Positions 18,221 to 27,539 of a stretch of DNA of 64,000 bases are shown here, one piece after another. How positions within the stretch are numbered: position 1 is the first letter of the stretch; every line of letters begins with the position of its first letter. The position numbers and the translations under genes are program-made. The DNA comes from an uncultured virus (IMG/VR IMGVR_UViG_3300027631_000011). Taxonomy: Duplodnaviria; Heunggongvirae; Uroviricota; Caudoviricetes. Location: IMG/VR virus record IMGVR_UViG_3300027631_000011; one strand, given 5' to 3'. The notes under the pieces are model-generated. The model was not told the DNA's origin. It did no database searches and worked only from the letters and a program-made list of their open reading frames with translations.

Positions 18221-21200
18221 TTAACTTGGTATTGAACCAGAACTTTCAGTAAATCTTATATATACCGAACCAGCGGCATTATGTCCCGTTCTACCTATTA
18301 CTACATATTTATCATATCCATTTAAAGAACCTTCTATATCTAATTGATGTATATCAGTTGCTTCAATTCCATACCCACCACCATCGGCGTTTACACTCAT
18401 TACAAACTCTCCTGCAGTTGAACCACCAAATGAATCTCTTACAGATGTTGGTACTCCATACATATCTGAACCAGATGGTGTAATTACTATATATTGTTCG
18501 GCCGTACTACCCATTGTAAATGGCCCGGCATCGTTTAGTATTGTATCTAATTTACTACCACTTAATATTGCCACTCTAGTTGCGGTAGCTCCTCCAGACA
18601 TACTTAATGATGCATCTCCTAATGAGGAACTTATTAATCTCATAGGTGATGTACTGTTTGCTGTAAATGCTGTTACTTCTGGTGGTGTTCCACTATCTAC
18701 TGTACTAATTCCCATTACTCCGTTGTAGTTAGAACCAAGTCCAGCGGAAGAACCAAAGTTTGAACGATAAACATAAACTTTACCATAATCTGCAGATTGT
18801 GCAATTGTGAAAGTTCTACCATTATATGATTGAGATTTACCAAAATTATCAGTTACAGTTGCATTGTATGTGTAAGTACCTGCGGATAAACTGGTGTTTG
18901 ATTGTATTTCAATAGATGATGAATTTACATTTCCATATCTTAATTGTAAACTACTAGCATTAGTTCCACTAAGTGTAACTGAGTATGGTGTATCCGATTC
19001 CGTATCTGAAATACTCATACTAACTAAAGTTACATTATTTAACGCACTATCTGTGTTAAGTTTTGTTGTTTGATTTGTAAATGTAGCAGTTGGTGCTTGA
19101 TTAGCAAATACATTCACAGTTACAGTTCCACTTCCAGCGTTACCATATTGGTCTTCAAATCCAATTGTAGATACAAAGGTATCACCACTTGATGAAGGTG
19201 AACCACTTACATGAGCTGCTAATGATAATTGTCCACTTGTATTAATTGATATCGCAGGGTGTGATGAAGTCCACGATGAACCTTGTACTGATTGTGAACC
19301 ATAGTTTGGTGAATAAGATACACTCATTTGTGATTGGTTACCTGCACCAAATCCACTTGCATCTCTAATTGATTCATTATTCAATCCTGATTCGATTATA
19401 TATGAAGTAGTATCTCCACCTAAAGTTCCTGTATTAGATTGAGCAATTGTAATAGTTTTTGATTCAGTTGATGTACTAAACCCATGTTCATCCTTAATAG
19501 CTCCTGAAATTGTATAATTAGAAGCACTTAAATTATTTTTTGCCTGTATTAAATAACTATCTCCACTCTGAATCGAATTTAATTGTCCACTTGCATCTGT
19601 GAATACGAATGATGAGTGATTTATTGTATCACCTTCAGTATCACTCCACGCCAATGTTGTTATTAAACTACCAGAACGTCCTAAATTTGTATTTAGGTTA
19701 GCTGATGTATCGGTATAAGTTCCATTCGGAGAATTATTAGTAGCAACAGTAATAGTATAATCTACAAATTGTTTAGTTGTTTCAAATCCATGTTCCGATG
19801 CAGTAATTGCGAGGTTGATTGTTTGACCAGTAGTCACACCAGAACCACTAAGGTTTGATTTTAAGTATAATGGCCCATATGAACCTGTATCAGAACCAGC
19901 GTAATCAATCTTTATTAAATCATTCGTAGATGATACTTCCCATCTTTGAGCAACGGCCGAAGATAACATACCTACAGTTCCACTTCTACCCGCACTATCT
20001 AAATAAATACTACTATTTGTTAATGCAGATTCTATAATATATAAATTAGTCCAATTTTTACTAATAGAACTCTGAACATCATCATCTATACCAATTGTTA
20101 TGTTTGCAGTATCAGTAGTATTATTAAACGCATCTGTTACGGTTACCTGATATATGTATCGATTAGCAACATCAGAATTTAAGTAAACTCCGTTCTTTCT
20201 TGTTACAACACCAGCCGAACTACATTGGAATGGGTCTGAATGTGGGTCGTACAACGAATTACCACCTAAAGTTCCTTTGATATCAGAACCACCATCTAAA
20301 TTAGCATTTTGTAATGTAAAATTAGAGAAGATTATAGTATCACTTTCTGGGTCTGTTGCGGTTATTGAACCAACAGTTGTTCCATCGGATGAATTTTCAT
20401 TTATTGAACTTAATGTTTGGTCATTTACAGATGGACCAGTATTATCTGTTACTGCTATTTGAAATGGTAAGTACGATATTGAATCGGTATCATCGCCACT
20501 TACATAGTGCTCATCACTTGCAGTTAAAACTAACTCATATTTTGGTGTAGTTTCATAATCTAATGAAGCTGTTGTTTGGTTTAACTGAACATATGTACTT
20601 CCTTTAGTAATTGTAAATCCAGTTGGAACTGAACCACTACCTATTGTTATAGTATCACTTTCATCATCAGTAAAATATACTCTAACTTTGTTATTTGCCG
20701 CAGTTGAGTTTTCATTTAGTGATTGTGTAAATGATGTTACTACTGAACCACCTGTTGATGTTTGTCTCCATTTTGGAGCAGTGTTAGGAGTTACCCTAAT
20801 GTATATTGTTTTAGAACCAACACCACTAAATGTATCTACTGCCTCTACTAAGAAAGGATGTGAACCACTACCTGGTGTATTATCAGTATTCATTGAAGAT
20901 GTTGATTTAGTATTTAATGTTATAGCACCTGCCGATGATATTCTAAAGAAATCAGAAGTATATGAACTTGCTGTTCTATATGTAAACGATTGTCCTTCTG
21001 CATCTGTTCCACTAACAGTTCCAACAGAAGAACCACTTACTACAAATTCACCTAGTGTGAATCCCGTTGTACTAATTGTTGGTGATGTATTAGGGAAAAA
21101 TATTTTTTCTATAAAGTTTGATACAGAACCACTCGTTCCAAAGTTAACATTATATATGTTTGATGGTAAATCTGTGTTAGATATAATTCTATTACCATCA

Positions 21201-23101
21201 AATGATGATACATTACCACCTACAAATGATGCAGTTGCTACAGATGTAATTTGGTTTGAACTACTTACTAATCCAGTTGGTACATTTGTTAGTTGTGTAA
21301 AATCAGATACACCACCACCAGCACCAAACCCACTACTTGCGGCTGATGCCGAAATGTATGAATCAGTTACTACTGATGTGATTTGAGTTGAACCACTAAC
21401 AGTTCCAGAAGGTACTGAAGTTAGATATGTTCCTAAATCACTAATCTGAGATTCTGTTATGGTTATCTGAGATGAACCTGAAACAGTTCCACTTGGAAGT
21501 GATGTAGTTGGTAATGTAATTGTATTACCAGAACTTATACTAAGGTCATTTCCACTAATAGATAATTCTTGTGAATCAGAATCAGAAGTTGAATAACCCA
21601 ATGCCGTAATTTGTGCTGAGGAACTTATAGTTCCAGCAGGTACAGATGTTAAGTAAGATTGTAAATTACTAATCTGAGATTCTGTTATGGTTATCTGAGA
21701 TGAACCACTAACAGTTCCACTTGGAAGTGAAGTTAAATATGATTGTAAATCAGAAATTTGTGATTCTGTAATCGTTACTTGTGATGAACCTGAAACAGTT
21801 CCACTTGGAAGTGAAGTTAAGTAAGATTGTAAGTCACTAATTTGTGATTCATTAATTGTAATTTGAGATGAACCACTAATAGTTCCATTTGGAAGAACAT
21901 TACCTGCAATCGCTTGTGCTACAGATGCGGATACATTTGGAATACCACTTATACCAAACGAACCTGTTACTTGTAAATCAGCTGATACCTTATAGTATGA
22001 AGAACCAGTAGTCCATATAGATGAACCACCAGCACCACCACCACCACCAGCGAGTGTTGATAAATCTACCGAGTTTCCAGATGAAATAGATAGGGTTTTA
22101 CTTACAGAATTAAATGTAAGTGTTTGGTCATCACTATCAGTAGTTGAATAACCCAATGCTGTAATTTGTGCTGATGAACTTATAGTTCCTGCGGGAATTT
22201 CAGTTTTAGAACCACTTAGAACTCCAGTCCCATCTAAAGTTCTTAATACAGAACCACTTATAACACCTGTTCCATCTAAAGTTCTTAATACAGAACCACT
22301 TATAACACCTGTTCCATCTAAAGTTCTTAATACACTTCCACTAACCAAACCATCAGGTAAATCAGAACCAGTTGGTATAGTAACAACATTACCACCACTT
22401 ATTGTTAACTGATTTCCACTTATTGATAATGTTTGAGAATCTGTTTCAGATGTTAAATATGATTGTAAATCACTAATTTGTGATTCGGTTATTGTTATTT
22501 GAGCAGATGATGATACAACCCCATCAGGAAGTTCCGATGATGGTAGTGATACTGAATTACCATTTGATATAGTAAGAGTATTTCCACTCAAAGAAAGAGT
22601 TTGAGAATCTGTTTCAGATGTTAAATATGATTGTAAATCAGAAATCTGAGATTCTGTAATTGTAACCTGAGCTGAAGATGATATTGTTCCACTTGGAAGT
22701 GAAGTTAAGTAAGATTGTAAGTCACTAATTTGTGATTCGGTTATGGTTACTTGTGATGAACTACTTACAATACCACTTGGTACGTTTGATAGCCCCGCAT
22801 AAGAAACTTGTGATGAACCACTAACTAAATTATCATTTAACTCATTACCGTATCTAGAATCAAATTCGGTAGTTAATTGAGCTGATGAACTTATTACATT
22901 CTCAGCATCTAATCTTGTCTTTACGTTTGTATTAAAATTGCTTCTAAATGCATTATTCGCTAATATAGAATTTCCTTGAAATGGTTGAATTGTAGAAGGT
23001 TTATTTGCGAGAGTATTATAGTTTACATTTGTTAAACTACCACCATCACCTATAAAACTACCACTAAAACTTCCAGTAAATGTTCCTGTATAATCTGGCA
23101 C
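18221..23101 (-). CDS. Large virion structural protein with Ser-rich repeats and cadherin-like domains
   Basis: GTG start with AGGAG SD; cadherin-type motifs LDYETTPKYELVLTASD, INENSSDGTTVGSITATDPESD and GTDAEGQ. Confidence 0.75.
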   Translation of the reverse strand: MPDYTGTFTGSFSGSFIGDGGSLTNVNYNTLANKPSTIQPFQGNSILANNAFRSNFNTNVKTRLDAENVISSSAQLTTEFDSRYGNELNDNLVSGSSQVSYAGLSNVPSGIVSSSSQVTITESQISDLQSYLTSLPSGTISSSAQVTITESQISDLQSYLTSETDSQTLSLSGNTLTISNGNSVSLPSSELPDGVVSSSAQITITESQISDLQSYLTSETDSQTLSISGNQLTISGGNVVTIPTGSDLPDGLVSGSVLRTLDGTGVISGSVLRTLDGTGVISGSVLRTLDGTGVLSGSKTEIPAGTISSSAQITALGYSTTDSDDQTLTFNSVSKTLSISSGNSVDLSTLAGGGGGAGGSSIWTTGSSYYKVSADLQVTGSFGISGIPNVSASVAQAIAGNVLPNGTISGSSQITINESQISDLQSYLTSLPSGTVSGSSQVTITESQISDLQSYLTSLPSGTVSGSSQITITESQISNLQSYLTSVPAGTISSSAQITALGYSTSDSDSQELSISGNDLSISSGNTITLPTTSLPSGTVSGSSQITITESQISDLGTYLTSVPSGTVSGSTQITSVVTDSYISASAASSGFGAGGGVSDFTQLTNVPTGLVSSSNQITSVATASFVGGNVSSFDGNRIISNTDLPSNIYNVNFGTSGSVSNFIEKIFFPNTSPTISTTGFTLGEFVVSGSSVGTVSGTDAEGQSFTYRTASSYTSDFFRISSAGAITLNTKSTSSMNTDNTPGSGSHPFLVEAVDTFSGVGSKTIYIRVTPNTAPKWRQTSTGGSVVTSFTQSLNENSTAANNKVRVYFTDDESDTITIGSGSVPTGFTITKGSTYVQLNQTTASLDYETTPKYELVLTASDEHYVSGDDTDSISYLPFQIAVTDNTGPSVNDQTLSSINENSSDGTTVGSITATDPESDTIIFSNFTLQNANLDGGSDIKGTLGGNSLYDPHSDPFQCSSAGVVTRKNGVYLNSDVANRYIYQVTVTDAFNNTTDTANITIGIDDDVQSSISKNWTNLYIIESALTNSSIYLDSAGRSGTVGMLSSAVAQRWEVSSTNDLIKIDYAGSDTGSYGPLYLKSNLSGSGVTTGQTINLAITASEHGFETTKQFVDYTITVATNNSPNGTYTDTSANLNTNLGRSGSLITTLAWSDTEGDTINHSSFVFTDASGQLNSIQSGDSYLIQAKNNLSASNYTISGAIKDEHGFSTSTESKTITIAQSNTGTLGGDTTSYIIESGLNNESIRDASGFGAGNQSQMSVSYSPNYGSQSVQGSSWTSSHPAISINTSGQLSLAAHVSGSPSSSGDTFVSTIGFEDQYGNAGSGTVTVNVFANQAPTATFTNQTTKLNTDSALNNVTLVSMSISDTESDTPYSVTLSGTNASSLQLRYGNVNSSSIEIQSNTSLSAGTYTYNATVTDNFGKSQSYNGRTFTIAQSADYGKVYVYRSNFGSSAGLGSNYNGVMGISTVDSGTPPEVTAFTANSTSPMRLISSSLGDASLSMSGGATATRVAILSGSKLDTILNDAGPFTMGSTAEQYIVITPSGSDMYGVPTSVRDSFGGSTAGEFVMSVNADGGGYGIEATDIHQLDIEGSLNGYDKYVVIGRTGHNAAGSVYIRFTESSGSIPS
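21380..22770 (-). repeat. SQ(I/V)TITESQISDLQSYLTS repeats, plus a 42-bp tandem repeat (3x SGSVLRTLDGTGV) at about 22208-22340
   Basis: catctaaagt recurs at 22231, 22273 and 22315; about 7 ESQISxL units in the translation. Confidence 0.9.
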
Positions 23102-23147
23102 CGAATTCTCCTCTTTTTTTAATCTTCTTCAATAAATATATGATTAA

Positions 23148-23807
23148 TTAGTAATCAATCAGTAATTTTAAAATTTCATCTAAAGATTCGTGTCTATGAT
23201 TATCTTTTAATTCAACATCATATACAAAATCTGAATTTTTTAACTTAGGAACTTCATGTATAGCTGAATCATTCCTGTGTTTTAAGTCTATTTGTTGCTT
23301 ATCTCCACATAATATCATTGTAGAGCCTTTTCCCAATCTACCTAAAACCATTAGTAACTGTTGTTTTGTTAAGTTTTGAAACTCATCTACTATAACTATT
23401 GAATTATCAAAAGTTCTTCCTCTAAAATGTGATAAAGATACTAATTCAATATTTTCATCACTTTCCATCTTCTGTAATATGGCTGGTTTATTATAAACTT
23501 TTCTCATATTAGAACGAATTGGAACTAACCAAGGTTCCATCTTCTCTTCTAATGAGCCAGGAAGAAATCCATTATCCTCATTTGATACTGTTGGCCTTGT
23601 TATAACAATTTTGTTTACTTTTCTTTTAAAAAACATATCTAATGATATTTGAACTGCTAATAAAGTTTTCCCACTACCCGCTTTACCTATAATAAAGTTA
23701 TATGGGTGATTTAATATTTCTGATTTTGCCAACTTCTGCTCATCTGATAATGAGATTGAAAATCTAACACTACCTTTTGGTGGAGTTTTTTTTATGTTTT
23801 CTGCCAT
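23148..23807 (-). CDS. phoH: PhoH-like ATPase
   Basis: Walker A GKAGSGKT, ITRP, GFLPGSLEEKMEPW, RGRTF, VDEFQN and GDKQQID. Confidence 0.93.
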   Translation of the reverse strand: MAENIKKTPPKGSVRFSISLSDEQKLAKSEILNHPYNFIIGKAGSGKTLLAVQISLDMFFKRKVNKIVITRPTVSNEDNGFLPGSLEEKMEPWLVPIRSNMRKVYNKPAILQKMESDENIELVSLSHFRGRTFDNSIVIVDEFQNLTKQQLLMVLGRLGKGSTMILCGDKQQIDLKHRNDSAIHEVPKLKNSDFVYDVELKDNHRHESLDEILKLLIDY

Positions 23808-23854
23808 CCGATACCCTTTCGTAATTTCTTTAATATAAATATGGGAATACGCAT

Positions 23855-23880
23855 AAAAAAAGGGGGAATTTCTTCCCCCT
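23855..23880 (-). terminator. Intrinsic terminator after the major capsid gene
   Basis: Minus strand AGGGGGAA-GAAA-TTCCCCCT followed by a T run. Confidence 0.9.
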
Positions 23881-23909
23881 TAATTTAATGTTTAAAATTT
23901 AGTAATTAA

Positions 23910-25544
23910 TTACTGAATTTTGTGTAAACCATCTACATAAATCTTACCGTAGAACTCACCTCTTAACATTTTCTTAGCGTAACGTGTCATTACACCTTTT
24001 CTTGGAGTGAAGTTTTTCGGGTCATATACTAGTGGAGTCATAATTAATGGAATGTAAGGTGCATATACTGCTCCTGTTTCAAGGAATTGTGTTCCTCTGT
24101 ATCCCATTAGGATTACGTTCTCTTTCATATAAGGATTCTTATAAACTTGGAATCTACTGTTCAAAGCACCAACTTTAGTTACACCAAATGCGAATTGAGC
24201 ATCACCGTTATCCGCTGAAGAAGCGTATCCTGGGATAGATTCGATTATAGTTGCAACATCTGGAGATACTACTAAGAAATTAGCACCACCTCTTAAAGTT
24301 TTCTGGTGAATTTTGTTAGATACACCTGCAATCACAGTTCCTAAAGTCTGGAACCATGCTTGTTGGTTGAATGCAGAAGCTTGAGCACCTGTTGTAGAAT
24401 AGTTAGCGAATGCAGAACCGTTCCACTCTCTACCTACTTGTGATGACCAGTATCCAGTTGATTTAGCATCAGAAATTAACATATCTAAAATCTCAAAATC
24501 AATTTCTTGTGAGATATACTCAGATAACATTGAAGTTAATTCAGCTTCAGCATCAATTGAGTGATATGCGTTTAAATCTTGTGCGAATTCTGGAGTCCAT
24601 TGTGCTTTTAACTTTCTAGTCTTAGCAACAATTGGTAAACTCTTCATTTCAACATTCAATTCAGGAATATCGATATCTACTTCTGGGTTTCCACTTAGGG
24701 AAGTTCCAGATGCTTCGAAATCACCTCTTGATACATCAGTTGGTTGTGCGTGATACTTAACTACAAGTGTAGAAGCATCTAAAGCACCTTTAGCGATAAA
24801 TACTATATCATCACCACTCTCTACAGTAAACTGTGGATATTGGTCATCAATATCAGCACTCTCTACTCTAAATCCTCTGATACCTTTTTCATCGTATCCT
24901 GCGATAGATGCTTTAGGTACAGCAACTTTATAGATAAGTCCACTAGCGATAGCAGCACCGTTAGATGAAGTAAACTGAGTATCATAATTTACATCTGAAA
25001 TTGCTACAGATGAAGTTACGAATTTGTTTGCTCCAACAGTACCTAATGTTTGTACCGCAGATGTTTTATCATTGATTGAGTATCCAAATCTACCAGCACC
25101 ATATAAACCACCTGATGGGTCACCTGATGTTTCAGTAATACCGAATACAGAATCAGCTTGTGAATCTTTACCAGACCCAGTTGCGAAACCTACTTGGTTA
25201 GTACCATATTTGAAATCTAGATAGAATACAAGACCAGATGGTAAGTTCATTGGTTGAACTGACACAAAGTCTTTTGCTACGATTTCACTAAAAATTCTTC
25301 TTACTAATGGTAGAGCTACACCAGCCCACTCTTCTGAATTTGCAGAAGTACCAGTAGAAGAAGCTTCTTTTACTAATTGTCTTGCTTGGTTTTCTAAAAG
25401 AGATGCAACGCCAGCTTTTTCAACGTCGTTGTCAATACCTTCTAAAAGACCGGTTTTTTCCCACTTTGATGCAAGAGCTCTTGTCGTTTCTGACAATCTT
25501 GCTTGGTGAGAAGAACCTTCATTAAGGATGTTTTTTAAATCCAT
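23910..25544 (-). CDS. gp23: Major capsid protein (T4 gp23-like)
   Basis: LPLVRR, VSVQPMNLPSGLVFYL, AKTRKLKAQWTPEFAQDLNAYHSIDAEAEL, YAPYIPL and PRKGVMTRY. Confidence 0.97.
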   Translation of the reverse strand: MDLKNILNEGSSHQARLSETTRALASKWEKTGLLEGIDNDVEKAGVASLLENQARQLVKEASSTGTSANSEEWAGVALPLVRRIFSEIVAKDFVSVQPMNLPSGLVFYLDFKYGTNQVGFATGSGKDSQADSVFGITETSGDPSGGLYGAGRFGYSINDKTSAVQTLGTVGANKFVTSSVAISDVNYDTQFTSSNGAAIASGLIYKVAVPKASIAGYDEKGIRGFRVESADIDDQYPQFTVESGDDIVFIAKGALDASTLVVKYHAQPTDVSRGDFEASGTSLSGNPEVDIDIPELNVEMKSLPIVAKTRKLKAQWTPEFAQDLNAYHSIDAEAELTSMLSEYISQEIDFEILDMLISDAKSTGYWSSQVGREWNGSAFANYSTTGAQASAFNQQAWFQTLGTVIAGVSNKIHQKTLRGGANFLVVSPDVATIIESIPGYASSADNGDAQFAFGVTKVGALNSRFQVYKNPYMKENVILMGYRGTQFLETGAVYAPYIPLIMTPLVYDPKNFTPRKGVMTRYAKKMLRGEFYGKIYVDGLHKIQ

Positions 25545-25570
25545 TTTTTTCTCCTATTAATCTTAATTAA

Positions 25571-26626
25571 TTATTTTAAACCTGCTAGTTTTTTCCATCT
25601 AGCGGCCATGTCATTACCCTCAGAAATTATTTTCTTCGGTGCAGAACTTTTTGTTGGTTTTGAAGCCATTCCTTCTTTTACAACAGTTCTTTTCTTTTTA
25701 GAAACATTTAAGTTTTCAGCGATAGTAGAGAATACTAATTTCACTTCTCTTACAGATGATGTTCTATCGAAGTTTTCAAGTACTTTTACTTTCTGTCCTT
25801 CGTTTAAATCAAATGTTCTGAATAGTTTGTTAGTGTAAAGTAGTTTAGCGTTTAGCAAATTCACTTCATTGATAGTTCCTCTTAAACTTTCAATAGTAGC
25901 ATAAGCTTCTTCTAATTCTTCTCTTACAGAATCATCTTTTTTAGAATCTTCTTCTTCTTCTAACTCTTTCTCTTTAGATTTTTTTTCATCGTCTTCCATT
26001 TCTTTTAATGTAGCGATTACTTCATCTAAGTCAAATTCTGGGTCATCGGAATCATCTTCTTCAGCTTCAGCTTCTTCTTCACCATCATCAGACATACCGT
26101 CTTCTTCTGATTCGTAAGTTTCATCAGTTGGTTCGTCTGGTTCAGCACCATCCATACCATCCATTTCAGCTTCTAATTCACCAATAACTTTTGCTAAATC
26201 TAACTCATCGTCATCTTCTTCACCTTCCATAGTGTCATCAGTTGGGTCAGACATTTCTTCACCTTCTTCTTCAGCTACGTTTGGTTCTGTTTCTGTTTCT
26301 TCTTCACCTTCTTCTTCATCTTCGTACAAGTCATCATCATTTTCGATATCAGATGAATCGTTAGAATCATCAGATGGTTCAGCGTTGTCGCCAGAACCTA
26401 AATCAGTTGAATCTAAATCTTCATTTTCTTTATCGTTATGATAATCATCATTGATATTATCTTCTTCATCTTCTTCAGATTCTTCAGATAATTTCGCAGA
26501 AATCATTGATTGAAGTTGAGGAGTAAAGGCTTCTTCCAAAGCGAGTTTTGCATTTGCAAGAGCAGTTTCTTTAACGGCCTTAGCATCAGCAATAGCTTCA
26601 GATAACAAATCTTTTCTATTTGCCAT
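25571..26626 (-). CDS. Prohead core scaffold protein (gp22-like position)
   Basis: Highly acidic middle region, coiled-coil ends, C-terminal RWKKLAGL; immediately upstream of the capsid gene; AGGAG SD. Confidence 0.75.
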   Translation of the reverse strand: MANRKDLLSEAIADAKAVKETALANAKLALEEAFTPQLQSMISAKLSEESEEDEEDNINDDYHNDKENEDLDSTDLGSGDNAEPSDDSNDSSDIENDDDLYEDEEEGEEETETEPNVAEEEGEEMSDPTDDTMEGEEDDDELDLAKVIGELEAEMDGMDGAEPDEPTDETYESEEDGMSDDGEEEAEAEEDDSDDPEFDLDEVIATLKEMEDDEKKSKEKELEEEEDSKKDDSVREELEEAYATIESLRGTINEVNLLNAKLLYTNKLFRTFDLNEGQKVKVLENFDRTSSVREVKLVFSTIAENLNVSKKKRTVVKEGMASKPTKSSAPKKIISEGNDMAARWKKLAGLK

Positions 26627-26778
26627 AATTGTTCTCCTAAATTGTTTTTTGGAAATAAGATTATTCGGAATCTTAATAGATATTATTATTTATAATAAAT
26701 TTAACCACACATTGGGGAGTGGTATATTTTCTCTACAATAAGTATGTAGTATTATTGGAAACACTAAAAAAGTGTTTA

Positions 26779-27036
26779 CTAATAATTTTCGAATTGATTT
26801 CGTCGCCATTCGGCTCTAATCGCATCTGCTTTTTGTTTTCTTTTAATGACTGATGGTTTGAGGTATTCTTTACGAGCTTTCACTTCATCCATCTTACCAC
26901 TATCTTTAATTTTTCTTTTAAATGTTTTGAGAGCTAACTCAATGTTACCATTCACAACTTTAACTGCTAATGAGTTACCTGGTATTTCCATATCTTCTTT
27001 TCTAATTCGTTTGTAATTCTTTGGTTTTTCTTGCAT
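26779..27036 (-). CDS. rpsU: Phage-encoded ribosomal protein bS21
   Basis: VKVVNGNIELALKTFKRKIKDSGKMDEVKARKEYLKPSVIKRK matches the bS21 pattern, with an N-terminal extension of about 20 aa. Confidence 0.9.
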   Translation of the reverse strand: MQEKPKNYKRIRKEDMEIPGNSLAVKVVNGNIELALKTFKRKIKDSGKMDEVKARKEYLKPSVIKRKQKADAIRAEWRRNQFENY

Positions 27037-27048
27037 GTAATATTATAT

Positions 27049-27087
27049 AAAAAAAATACACCTATCACATTATTGTGGTTAGGTGTA
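27049..27087 (-). terminator. Terminator-like hairpin directly upstream of bS21
   Basis: Minus strand TACACCTA-ACCACAATAATGTGA-TAGGTGTA followed by a run of about 8 T. Confidence 0.7.
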
Positions 27088-27120
27088 TATAAATATCAAA
27101 AATATTTTAGTAAACTTAAA

Positions 27121-27534
27121 TTAACTTGCGTATTTCATTAGTTCTTTTACTTTCTTTTCCATAGCTGGTACTTTTAATCCATAGGTATTAGCCATTAAGG
27201 TTTTCATATACCCACTATCAAGAAAGTTTTGTAATTCTTTTTTGGTTGCAACTGATGATTTAAAATCTTCTTTTGATATTCTATCCAACTCTTTTGCAGA
27301 AATCTTACCGTTCATATAAGCGTCCATAGCATCTTGTTTGTAGTTGTACTTTGCTTCGTTTACTGATTCAGTTACTCCTTCAGATAAATCATCAATACCA
27401 TCTTTCATATCTGAAAATAGTTTTCCAAATTGTCTTTGTTGTTTGGAATTTAATTTTTTAATATTCTTTAGATGTTTCTTTACCATATAAGATAAATCAA
27501 CTGAAATGTCTTGTAATATATCTGAGTAATCCAT
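27121..27534 (-). CDS. Two-module hypothetical head-associated protein with an internal ESVNEA linker
   Basis: 137 aa; LSEGVTESVNEAK joins the two halves. Confidence 0.7.
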   Translation of the reverse strand: MDYSDILQDISVDLSYMVKKHLKNIKKLNSKQQRQFGKLFSDMKDGIDDLSEGVTESVNEAKYNYKQDAMDAYMNGKISAKELDRISKEDFKSSVATKKELQNFLDSGYMKTLMANTYGLKVPAMEKKVKELMKYAS

Positions 27535-27539
27535 TGTGG

